Shown here piece after piece: positions 18,259 through 26,137 of a stretch of DNA of 58,313 nucleotides. The notes under the pieces are model-generated. The model was given only the letters and a program-made list of their open reading frames with translations. It ran no database searches and was not told the origin of the DNA. A program made the translations under genes and the position numbers. Source of the stretch: a virus (taxonomy: Duplodnaviria > Caudoviricetes); the IMG/VR virus record IMGVR_UViG_3300029893_000008, positions 1-58,313 of that record; one strand, 5' to 3'. Positions within the stretch are counted from its first letter, which is position 1. Every line of letters begins with the position of its first letter.

Positions 18259-19185
18259 ATGAGTTATGTATTAGGTATAGATGTATCTCTTTGGCAAGAC
18301 AATATAAGTACACCACAAAAAATGAATTTTAATAAAAGTTATGAAGAAGGTGTGAGATTTGCTTTTATCAAGGCTTCCCAAAGAGATTTTATGGATAGGG
18401 ATTTTATTTATAATTGGGATAGTGCAAAAAGAGCAGGGCTTTTGAGGGGTGCATATCATTTTCTGACATGGGATAGAAGCCCTAAAACACAGGCAAAAAT
18501 TTTCTGGTCATTACTAAAAGAAGATTCGGGGGAATTACCAGCAGTTCTTGATTTTGAATATTGGGGTACTGTACCCAGTAATGCACACAATTTTGCAGTT
18601 GAATTTTATAGAGAATTTAAATCTTTAACTGATAAAAAATTAATCATTTATACTGGTGCTTATTTTTGGAGTAAATATGCTCCATCAAATAGTCCATTAT
18701 ACGAAACAGATTTGTGGATTGCTTCTTATACAAGTCAAGAAATTATGGAAAGAAATATCAAAAATCTTACAAAATGGAAAACATGGACTTTTTGGCAATT
18801 TACTGACAGGCTTGACGGTATAAAATTTGGTGCTGAAAGTAAGCAATTAGATGGAAATTACTTTAATGGCTCATTAGAAGATTTATATAAATACGCTGGA
18901 ATAACTATTCAAAAACCAGAAGAAAATCAAGAACAAACTTCTGGTAGTTCAATTGAAACACCAGAGCAAAGTATTCAAACAAATATATCTCTCAAGGTTT
19001 TAAAACCTGTTTATGCAAGAGAAATTCCTTATGGAAAAATTGTAAAAACACGACAAATAAATGAAATCATAAAACTTGTAGATATATATATTGAAAACGA
19101 AAAAAGGGTTTGGATAAAGGGGGATGATAATCTCTGGTCAGCACTTATATATGATAATTCTTTATTCTTTGATAAATTAAATTAA
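18259..19185 (+). CDS. Endolysin, GH25 muramidase with C-terminal SH3-like cell-wall-binding region
   Basis: GIDVS.WQ, FAFIKA, GAYHF, catalytic DFE, LWIASY, FWQFT and LDGN motifs; AAGGAG RBS before ATG 18259. Confidence 0.9.
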   Translation: MSYVLGIDVSLWQDNISTPQKMNFNKSYEEGVRFAFIKASQRDFMDRDFIYNWDSAKRAGLLRGAYHFLTWDRSPKTQAKIFWSLLKEDSGELPAVLDFEYWGTVPSNAHNFAVEFYREFKSLTDKKLIIYTGAYFWSKYAPSNSPLYETDLWIASYTSQEIMERNIKNLTKWKTWTFWQFTDRLDGIKFGAESKQLDGNYFNGSLEDLYKYAGITIQKPEENQEQTSGSSIETPEQSIQTNISLKVLKPVYAREIPYGKIVKTRQINEIIKLVDIYIENEKRVWIKGDDNLWSALIYDNSLFFDKLN

Positions 19186-19188
19186 TTT

Positions 19189-19230
19189 AAAAATAGGGTA
19201 GATTTATAAAAAGTCTACCCTATTTTTTTT
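19189..19230. terminator. Bidirectional terminator at the convergence of the two genome arms
   Basis: AAAATAGGGTAGA-loop-TCTACCCTATTTT with an A run before and a T run after. Confidence 0.8.
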
Positions 19231-19239
19231 ACTATTTTT

Positions 19240-19311
19240 TTATTTTTTTTCCATTATTACTTTTGCCAATACAGCAATTGCTTTTGCTACATCACTCTGG
19301 TCATTTTTTAA
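19240..19311 (-). pseudogene. 3' fragment of the phage gene interrupted by the IS605 element
   Basis: Joined to 21001 it continues the frame: ...AIQVL|LKNDQSDVAKAIAVLAKVIMEKK*, ending just before the terminator. Confidence 0.8.
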
Positions 19312-19363
19312 CCTAATCAGCGGCAGAAGTCGTCCACTTCTATAAGTGGGTGATGAATGCTAT

Positions 19364-19391
19364 TTGACAACTTCTTCCTTTATGGTATAAT
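19364..19391 (+). promoter_or_regulatory. Sigma70/sigmaA-type promoter of tnpA
   Basis: TTGACA-16 nt-TATAAT with extended TG; AAAGGAG RBS downstream. Confidence 0.7.
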
Positions 19392-19422
19392 CAGTAATAG
19401 AGAAAGGAGTTGAGAAATATAA

Positions 19423-19824
19423 ATGGAATTAGACAATAATAATCATTCAGTGTTCTTGTTGTATTATCATCTTGTTTTGGTAATTAAATATAGAAGAAAA
19501 GTAATAGATAATAATATATCCAATAGATTGAAAGAAATTTTTGAGAAAGTACAAGGTAATTATAATATAACATTACAAGAATGGAATCATGATAAAGACC
19601 ATATTCATATATTATTCAAAGCACATCCTAACACAGAAATGTCTAAGTTTATAAACGCTTATAAAAGTGCTTCATCAAGGCTTATAAAAAAAGAATTTCC
19701 TGAAATCAAGCAACAACTTTGGAAAGAATATTTTTGGTCAAGAAGTTATTGCTTGCTAACAACTGGTGGTGTATCAATTGAAGTAATCAAAAAATATATA
19801 GAAAGTCAAGGAAAGGAGGTGTAA
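19423..19824 (+). CDS. tnpA: IS200-type Y1 HUH transposase
   Basis: [16 protein letters not shown] motif DHIHIL, FWSRSY and catalytic Y in KKYIESQ. Confidence 0.95.
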   Translation: MELDNNNHSVFLLYYHLVLVIKYRRKVIDNNISNRLKEIFEKVQGNYNITLQEWNHDKDHIHILFKAHPNTEMSKFINAYKSASSRLIKKEFPEIKQQLWKEYFWSRSYCLLTTGGVSIEVIKKYIESQGKEV

Positions 19825-19826
19825 TC

Positions 19827-20897
19827 TTGTTAAAAGCCTATAAATATAGAATATATCCAACAAAAGAACAACAAGAATATTTTGCTAAAGTATTTGGTTG
19901 TGTAAGATTTATATACAACAAAATGCTTAATGATAAAATAGAACATTACAAACAAACAGAAAAAATGCTAAAGAATACACCTGCACAATACAAAAAAGAA
20001 TATTCGTTTCTAAAGGAAGTAGATAGCCTTGCTCTTGCTAATGCACAACTTAACTTAGAAAAGGCATATAAAAACTTTTTTAGAGATAAAAAGGTAGGTT
20101 TCCCAAAGTTCAAGAAAAAAAGAGGGTATCAATCCTATACAACAAATAACCAAAATGGCACAGTAGCACTTATAGATGGGTATCTTAAAATACCAAAGCT
20201 AAAGGCTATGATAAAAGTAAAACAACATAGATTATTTGAAGGTAAAATAAAATCAGTAACAATATCAAAAACGCCTACGGATAAATATTATGCTTCTATA
20301 CTTGTAGAAATTGAAATAGAAAAACTACCTAATGTAGATAAAAAAGTAGGAATAGATTTAGGCTTAAAGGATTTTTTAGTTCTATCGGATGGAACGAAGA
20401 TAGAAAATCCTAAATGGTTAAGACGAACTGAAAAGAAGATAAAAAAGGTACAAAGGGATTTATCAAGGAAACAAAAGTATAGCAAAAACTATGAAAAAAC
20501 AAGGTTACACCTTGCAAAACTACATGAAAAAATAATGAATCAAAGAAAAGATTTTCTACACAAATTATCCTCTAAAATTATAAACGAAAACCAAGTTATA
20601 GTTTTAGAGGACTTGAAGGTAAAGAATATGCAACAAAATAGACATTTAGCAAAAGCAATAAGCGAAGTATCTTGGGCAGAGTTTAGAAGGATGTTAGAAT
20701 ACAAAGTAAATTGGTATGGGAGAGAAATAATAATAGCCCCACAGTCTTATGCTTCAAGTCAAATATGCAGTGAATGTGGATATAAAAATCCTGATGTAAA
20801 GAATTTAGCACTAAGGGAATGGATATGTCCAAATTGCGGTGCTATACATGATAGAGATATAAATGCAAGTAAGAACTTGCTAAAGTTAGCCATGTAA
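19827..20897 (+). CDS. tnpB: TnpB RNA-guided endonuclease
   Basis: [12 protein letters not shown], RuvC triad GIDLG / VLEDL / DRDINA, zinc finger CSECG...CPNCG; all intact. Confidence 0.95.
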   Translation: MLKAYKYRIYPTKEQQEYFAKVFGCVRFIYNKMLNDKIEHYKQTEKMLKNTPAQYKKEYSFLKEVDSLALANAQLNLEKAYKNFFRDKKVGFPKFKKKRGYQSYTTNNQNGTVALIDGYLKIPKLKAMIKVKQHRLFEGKIKSVTISKTPTDKYYASILVEIEIEKLPNVDKKVGIDLGLKDFLVLSDGTKIENPKWLRRTEKKIKKVQRDLSRKQKYSKNYEKTRLHLAKLHEKIMNQRKDFLHKLSSKIINENQVIVLEDLKVKNMQQNRHLAKAISEVSWAEFRRMLEYKVNWYGREIIIAPQSYASSQICSECGYKNPDVKNLALREWICPNCGAIHDRDINASKNLLKLAM

Positions 20898-21016
20898 TTG
20901 GTAAAACTGGGGAAGGAACAGCCCTTAGAGCGTGGGTAAACTTGCTCCGATAGGAGTATTGACCACGAAGCCCACACCTCTATAGGTGGGGGTAGTTCAC
21001 TAAAACCTGTATTGCT
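20898..21016 (+). ncRNA. Predicted TnpB omega-RNA (reRNA): right-end scaffold plus flanking guide TAAAACCTGTATTGCT
   Basis: Inferred from the established biogenesis of TnpB guide RNAs from the IS right end; 5' boundary uncertain and may overlap the tnpB 3' end. Confidence 0.6.
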
Positions 21017-21372
21017 TTTTTATTATCTAAAAGAGGAAAACATTTTTCTTGATGCTGAACAATTTTCTCAAATATATATTTGCATGAAGTTTCTAATTTT
21101 CTCCTGTTATCTTCCGAATATTTAGAAATAACATCATTCATATAATCACTTATTACATATCCGCAGTGGGGACATTTATACATTAGAAGATAATTAACAT
21201 TTACAATTAATCTCAATTTATAAATATTTGTTTCCCCATCTGGTAAATTTACCTTCAAATCAAAATAACCATTTTTATTTTCAATATCGAGTGAATCTAA
21301 AAATTTTTTTGATTTATCAGAATATTCATTATCAAAAGAATCTTCAAAATAATCATAATCTATTTCAAACAT
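21001..21372 (-). pseudogene. 5' part of IS-interrupted phage gene (CPHC motif protein)
   Basis: Likely start ATG 21372 (MFEIDY), 2 nt after the upstream stop; currently reads into the IS right end and stops at 20980. Confidence 0.7.
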
Positions 21373-21373
21373 C

Positions 21374-21550
21374 TCAATTTCCTTTTGGTAATATTTCAAG
21401 AGGTTTTCCACAAAACGGACAATATTTAAATTCATCTAAGTCACATAAAATATCATCTTCTTCTACTTTTTTACCACAAGAAGTATCATAGTAAATATAA
21501 AAATAATCTGTATCTTCTTTTGTTTTCCACATACACTTCTTATTACTCAT
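21374..21550 (-). CDS. 58-aa zinc-ribbon protein (not in ORF track)
   Basis: MSNKKCMW...TSCG...FKYCPFCGKPL; AAAGGAG RBS; promoter upstream. Confidence 0.75.
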   Translation of the reverse strand: MSNKKCMWKTKEDTDYFYIYYDTSCGKKVEEDDILCDLDEFKYCPFCGKPLEILPKGN

Positions 21551-21606
21551 GTTATTTACTCCTTTCGAGTATAAGATGACTTATATATATATTATAACCA
21601 TATTAT

Positions 21607-21641
21607 AAAAAAAGTCAAGAGGTTTACTCTTGACTTTTTTT
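21607..21641 (-). terminator. Terminator after dUTPase, overlapping the -35 of the next promoter
   Basis: AAAAAGTCAAGAG-loop-CTCTTGACTTTTT. Confidence 0.7.
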
Positions 21642-21644
21642 ATA

Positions 21645-22073
21645 CTAAATTCCAGTACTTCCGAAACCACCCCTATTTTTATTTTGTAAAAATTCTACTT
21701 CTTGAAATTCTACTTCTGGTTGTTTTTCAATAATTCTAAATTGACAAATACGGCTATTTTTTGGAATGCTGACATCTCGTGTAGCGAGGACGGGAAAGTA
21801 CCATTGGTCATCATCTCCCTTGTAGGATTCATCAATAATGCCAATACTATTAACTTGAATTAATCCATATTTTTTAAATGTACTACTTCTAGGTGCTACA
21901 TGGGCTTCATATCCTTCTGGTAATTCCATTGCTACACCAAGTGGTATCAATAGAAATTCACCAGCATTCATCTCAATATCTTCCGAAACAAATAAATCAA
22001 TCCAATCACCTTTATCTATTTTCTCCAATTTATTTGTATCTTTTTTAAAATACTTTATTATTATTTTTATCAT
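21645..22073 (-). CDS. dut: dUTPase (trimeric)
   Basis: [24 protein letters not shown] and RGGFGSTG motifs. Confidence 0.95.
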   Translation of the reverse strand: MIKIIIKYFKKDTNKLEKIDKGDWIDLFVSEDIEMNAGEFLLIPLGVAMELPEGYEAHVAPRSSTFKKYGLIQVNSIGIIDESYKGDDDQWYFPVLATRDVSIPKNSRICQFRIIEKQPEVEFQEVEFLQNKNRGGFGSTGI

Positions 22074-22095
22074 AATATTCCTTCCTTATTATATC

Positions 22096-24849
22096 TTAAA
22101 GTCCACAAACACCTTCTACACATTCTTCATTGCCTTCAAATACTACACCCTGTCTAGAAAGGGCAAATTTGAAATCTACTTGGGTTAAGGGTTGTCCACC
22201 CCTAGCCCCGTCTGGATATGTAGTAATTCCTCTTAAATTGGGAAGATATTTATATAATATTTCCCCAAATTTACGAAAATCATCGTTTCCAAAAAGTCCA
22301 TAAGCAGGTAAGTTAATTGTTGAAGAAATTGCATTATCTACATATCTCTGCACAAATGCTTGAAATCTTATTCTTCTTTCAACATCAATTGATAAATCAT
22401 AAGAATCTTCTATTTTATCAATGTTATAACCCTCTCTATAAAGTCTTTCTGCCACGAAATCTGCTACATATTGTTTTTTCCATCCATCAGGAGTAAGGTA
22501 TCTTCTCTGGTAAGCAAGAGAAAAAATCGGTTCTATTCCACCCGTAGTTTGTCCACCAACAATACTAATTGTACCGTTTGGGGCAATTGCACGCTTTTTT
22601 ATAGGTGTAGCAAAGTTAAGAATATCTGCCCATTTTTTAGCACTTTCATCAGAAACATCTTTCCAAACCTGAAGATATTGTGCAAGTTCATCGTTTTCTT
22701 CATATCTGTAACCGTGTTTGATAAGCCATTCGTGTAATCCCATTAAGCCAAGTCCTGTCCTTCTATTTTTTTCTTTGACTTCTTTAACTTTTTCATAAGG
22801 GACATCACTGTATTCTGTACCAACAATCAGAAATAATTGTGCAAGTTCTGTTACCAGTTTCATTTCTTCCAAACTTTCAATTCTTCCCATGTTGATACTA
22901 CCCAGACAGCATACATCAGAATCATCCTCTGATACAATTTCTGTACAGGCATTCCTTAATGATTCGTTCTTATTTTCATAATCAACACTAAATGCTGGTT
23001 CACCAGTTTTAGTCATCCTCTCTATAACTTTCCAGTATACATTTTGGGCTTTCTGATGAAGGGGATGATTTTCGTTTTCATACGCATTAAAAAATTCTTT
23101 ATCTAAAATGACGGATATATTAGTCATATCCATTGTAGCAGGGAAATCAAAATCTTTTTCTTTTAGTTTTCTTACTTCTGGAATCCAGTTTTTCATTGTA
23201 ATAAAGTTTTCTATATCACCATGATTCCATGCTAAACCAGCCCATATTGCCGAATTATGGACAACAAAACCGTTTGTAATAAATTCTTCCCCCTCTACTT
23301 CTAAATCCCATGTTTCTGCATTTCTTCCTTCTTCAATAGATAAAACGGAAACAGGTAAAATTTCTAATTCTCTTTTTTGTATCTTTTCTATATATTCTGT
23401 ACTATATTCAAAATTTTTATTTTTAAAATAAATTTTTGGTATGTTTGATTTTTCTATAAGACTAAATGGAAAAGTATAGAAAGATTTCATTTTTAAACGA
23501 GGGCGTCTATATTTTAAAGAATTTTTAAATATGAGTTTTTCTGCTTTTAATAATTGCTTTTGATTATTTATTTTGATTTCATATACATCTTCTAAACCCC
23601 TGTTTGTTTTTCTACTTTTTAATACAGTAGATATACCCAATGAAGAAAGAATATTTTGGACTTGAAGAATAAAGTTTATTTCATTAGCCCTTGCTAAAAG
23701 GATAGGTATGAAAAAATGACCAACAGCATCAAAAATCCCCGCAACAAAATTTGAACGAATGGAAATGCTTCCTCTTAATATAAATTCTGGAATAATTATA
23801 TTTTCCCCTTGCTTAAATTGACTTAAAAATTCTACTAAAATTGAGGAGTAAATTTCTATATCTGAATAATCTTCATAATTATTTATTGTATAATTTGCTT
23901 TAAATTTATCAATTATATTAATTATACTTTCTTTTATATCGGGAAAATTATTTGAATATGATATTACAATTTTTTCTTTATTATTTTTGTTTGCATTGAA
24001 ATATTTTCCATTTTCAAAAAAATATCCCAAAAGCCATGCCATATCATTATCTATCTTTATATTTCTACCCTTAATGATAATTTTAATTTCGTTTTCTTTA
24101 AATTCTGAAATATTTTGAAAGAAAACCAATTTATCTTTTTCTTTTAATTCATCTGCTCTTTTGAAAATATATTTGTCAATAGCATTAAAAACTGCTACCC
24201 TATGGTTTGGAGTACATTCTAAAAAACCCATTTCAGTATTTATATTGATAGTTTTTTGAATGCCTTGATTCAATTTTCCAGTAACTCTTTTATAACCCGC
24301 TACTGTTTTTACTTTTGTACCAATTTCAACTTCTTCAATGGGTATTAGTCCTAATTCAGTATCTACAAGTGTACCCTTTGGTAAGCAACGCCTTTTTCCA
24401 CCAGCCATCACCCCCCTACCAACTTCATTTACCGCTTTCATAAGAGGTAATGCTCCCGCCGAATGTCCCCCACTCCTTTTTAAAGGACTTCCTTCTGGTC
24501 TTAATTGACTATAATCAATACCTATGCCACCACCACTCATTAAGGCAAGAGTCGTTTTTCTCAATAAATCCCCCCATCCTTCTCTGGTATCCTCTGCACG
24601 CAAAAGGAAACAATTATTTACCTGATGATATTCTCTACCAGCCTGTGCTAAAAATCTTCCACCAGCAATAAACTTTCTTTCCCTCATAATTCTTTTTAAT
24701 TCATCTGTTGTTTCTTTTTTGTTTGAGAAATCAACCACAGAGAAAACATTATCCACTACTCTCGCAACAATATCATTCCATGTTTCCAGCGTACCATCCG
24801 CCTTTTTCCACGAGTATCTCAATTCCATAATACTATCACTAAAACTCAT
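22096..24849 (-). CDS. nrdJ: Class II (adenosylcobalamin-dependent) ribonucleotide reductase containing an intein
   Basis: NNCF, GGGIG, NACTE, CCLGSIN, GLGLMG, APNGTIS, GIEP, SSTIN and C-terminal CVEGVC; compact after intein removal; no nrdB in window; probable start ATG 24849. Confidence 0.85.
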   Translation of the reverse strand: MSFSDSIMELRYSWKKADGTLETWNDIVARVVDNVFSVVDFSNKKETTDELKRIMRERKFIAGGRFLAQAGREYHQVNNCFLLRAEDTREGWGDLLRKTTLALMSGGGIGIDYSQLRPEGSPLKRSGGHSAGALPLMKAVNEVGRGVMAGGKRRCLPKGTLVDTELGLIPIEEVEIGTKVKTVAGYKRVTGKLNQGIQKTININTEMGFLECTPNHRVAVFNAIDKYIFKRADELKEKDKLVFFQNISEFKENEIKIIIKGRNIKIDNDMAWLLGYFFENGKYFNANKNNKEKIVISYSNNFPDIKESIINIIDKFKANYTINNYEDYSDIEIYSSILVEFLSQFKQGENIIIPEFILRGSISIRSNFVAGIFDAVGHFFIPILLARANEINFILQVQNILSSLGISTVLKSRKTNRGLEDVYEIKINNQKQLLKAEKLIFKNSLKYRRPRLKMKSFYTFPFSLIEKSNIPKIYFKNKNFEYSTEYIEKIQKRELEILPVSVLSIEEGRNAETWDLEVEGEEFITNGFVVHNSAIWAGLAWNHGDIENFITMKNWIPEVRKLKEKDFDFPATMDMTNISVILDKEFFNAYENENHPLHQKAQNVYWKVIERMTKTGEPAFSVDYENKNESLRNACTEIVSEDDSDVCCLGSINMGRIESLEEMKLVTELAQLFLIVGTEYSDVPYEKVKEVKEKNRRTGLGLMGLHEWLIKHGYRYEENDELAQYLQVWKDVSDESAKKWADILNFATPIKKRAIAPNGTISIVGGQTTGGIEPIFSLAYQRRYLTPDGWKKQYVADFVAERLYREGYNIDKIEDSYDLSIDVERRIRFQAFVQRYVDNAISSTINLPAYGLFGNDDFRKFGEILYKYLPNLRGITTYPDGARGGQPLTQVDFKFALSRQGVVFEGNEECVEGVCGL
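23254..24387 (-). mobile_element. Intein (378 aa) with LAGLIDADG-type homing endonuclease region
   Basis: GGKRR|CLPKGTLV...CTPNH (block B)...LLGYFFENG / VAGIFDAVG...TWDLEV...VVHN|SAIW. Confidence 0.92.
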
Positions 24850-24925
24850 ATTATTTCTCCTCTCCAAAATGATATATAAAACTCAATTCAACATTCTGAA
24901 TTGAGAATATTTTTTTATTAATTTT

Positions 24926-25135
24926 TTAATGCCAATTATCTAAAAGATTGTCCCAAATAATTTTTGCCCTGATTGGTCTTGGGTCTAAATTGCTATTCAT
25001 TTCTAAAATCATTCTTGCTATAAATGGGGGTAAACTATAAGATTCACGATGATTTTCATAAATCAAAATAAGTGTAACTCTTTTTCCTTCTGGATTACTC
25101 GTAAATTGATTTTTATTACCAATAATATTTTCCAT
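24926..25135 (-). CDS. Hypothetical protein
   Basis: 69-aa ORF with AAAGGA RBS behind a consensus promoter (25163-25190). Confidence 0.6.
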   Translation of the reverse strand: MENIIGNKNQFTSNPEGKRVTLILIYENHRESYSLPPFIARMILEMNSNLDPRPIRAKIIWDNLLDNWH

Positions 25136-25201
25136 TTTAAATCCTTTCGAGGATAATTTTTAATTATAATATTATTTAAAACTTTGTCAAGTTATTTTAT
25201 G

Positions 25202-25777
25202 TTAATTTTTTGTTAATAAGAATTTACTAATATAATTAAAATATAAATCGTACAAAAATTCTTTCAATATCAAATTATTATTTTTATGATTATAATAATA
25301 AATATCAAAATTATAATTATCTAGTTCTGTTTCAGAAGAATGAGATTTTAATTCAGAATCCAGTAAAGTACTTTGACCATCTATTCTTAAAGTAATAATT
25401 GGAATATTTTTATCTTTCCAGAAATTAATTTCATTATAAAATCTGCAATCTGTTACAATTGCCATATCAAAAAAATTATCGAGGGCTTTTATAGTTCTAT
25501 AAACATGCTTTACCCAATAATTTTTATATTTTTTTCTAATAACATCTGTACCAATGTGTTGAAGTAATTTTCTCCCTTCTAAATTCTTTTGACCATCCCA
25601 ATTAAAATATTTTAAAAGATAGAATTTTAATAAGTCTGCATAAGCAATTTTTAGTATTTTTATTTCTGGATTAACATTTTTGGAATATTCAATAATTTTA
25701 TCAGATATAAAATCTTTTCCAACCCCTGCTTTTCCAGATATAAGTAATACAAGTTTTATGGTCATATTATTCTCCAA
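25202..25777 (-). CDS. Deoxynucleoside monophosphate kinase
   Basis: P-loop SGKAGVGKD, YADLLK, RKLLQHIGT, TDCRF.NE and HSSETELD motifs. Confidence 0.8.
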   Translation of the reverse strand: MENNMTIKLVLLISGKAGVGKDFISDKIIEYSKNVNPEIKILKIAYADLLKFYLLKYFNWDGQKNLEGRKLLQHIGTDVIRKKYKNYWVKHVYRTIKALDNFFDMAIVTDCRFYNEINFWKDKNIPIITLRIDGQSTLLDSELKSHSSETELDNYNFDIYYYNHKNNNLILKEFLYDLYFNYISKFLLTKN

Positions 25778-25958
25778 GCCTTGTTACTTTCATGTGAATA
25801 TTATAATTATTACTATTTTCTTGAACGATTATACTATTTTTGACTTCTTTCCTTGCTTTTTTTGCTTCTTCCCATGTTAGATTAGTCATAATAATTCTAT
25901 ATTGAATAGTATTATTTTCTGAATTTAGTACTTTTTGAACAAGTTTATAAGTTTTCAT
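25767..25958 (-). CDS. Hypothetical protein
   Basis: Probable start ATG 25958 (MKTYKL) with AAGGA RBS. Confidence 0.5.
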   Translation of the reverse strand: MKTYKLVQKVLNSENNTIQYRIIMTNLTWEEAKKARKEVKNSIIVQENSNNYNIHMKVTRLGE

Positions 25959-25972
25959 TTTATCCTTCCTTA

Positions 25973-26137
25973 TCAGTTCGGAGAAATAATAATAGTTAAA
26001 ATACACGGATTATCTATCCTGACAGTTCTTTCCATTATGCCCTTATGAGTATAATTAACAAATATATCTTGCCTTTCAATTCTTATAAGGTAATTTTCAA
26101 TATATTTATTTTCAAAAAAGGATTTTCTTCTTTTCAT
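25973..26137 (-). CDS. 54-aa hypothetical protein (not in ORF track)
   Basis: ATG overlaps the polymerase stop (ATGA); MKRRKSFF...IIISPN*. Confidence 0.5.
   Translation of the reverse strand: MKRRKSFFENKYIENYLIRIERQDIFVNYTHKGIMERTVRIDNPCILTIIISPN

Larger units (their letters stand above)
19312..21000 (+). mobile_element. IS200/IS605-family element (tnpA+tnpB), 1689 bp, inserted 3' of TTTAA
   Basis: Subterminal hairpins CCACTT-CTAT-AAGTGG (19334-19349) and CACCT-CTAT-AGGTG (20975-20988), each preceded by GAAG; right end ...GTAGTTCAC; no target duplication; removal restores a reading frame. Confidence 0.92.

Noticed and set aside
19312-21000. IStron (group I intron-IS hybrid) explaining tolerance of the insertion
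   Set aside because: The element is antisense to the interrupted gene and has only ~110 nt before tnpA, leaving no room for a ribozyme core.
24850-24926. Cobalamin riboswitch upstream of the B12-dependent RNR
   Set aside because: The intergenic region is too short and lacks B12-box motifs.
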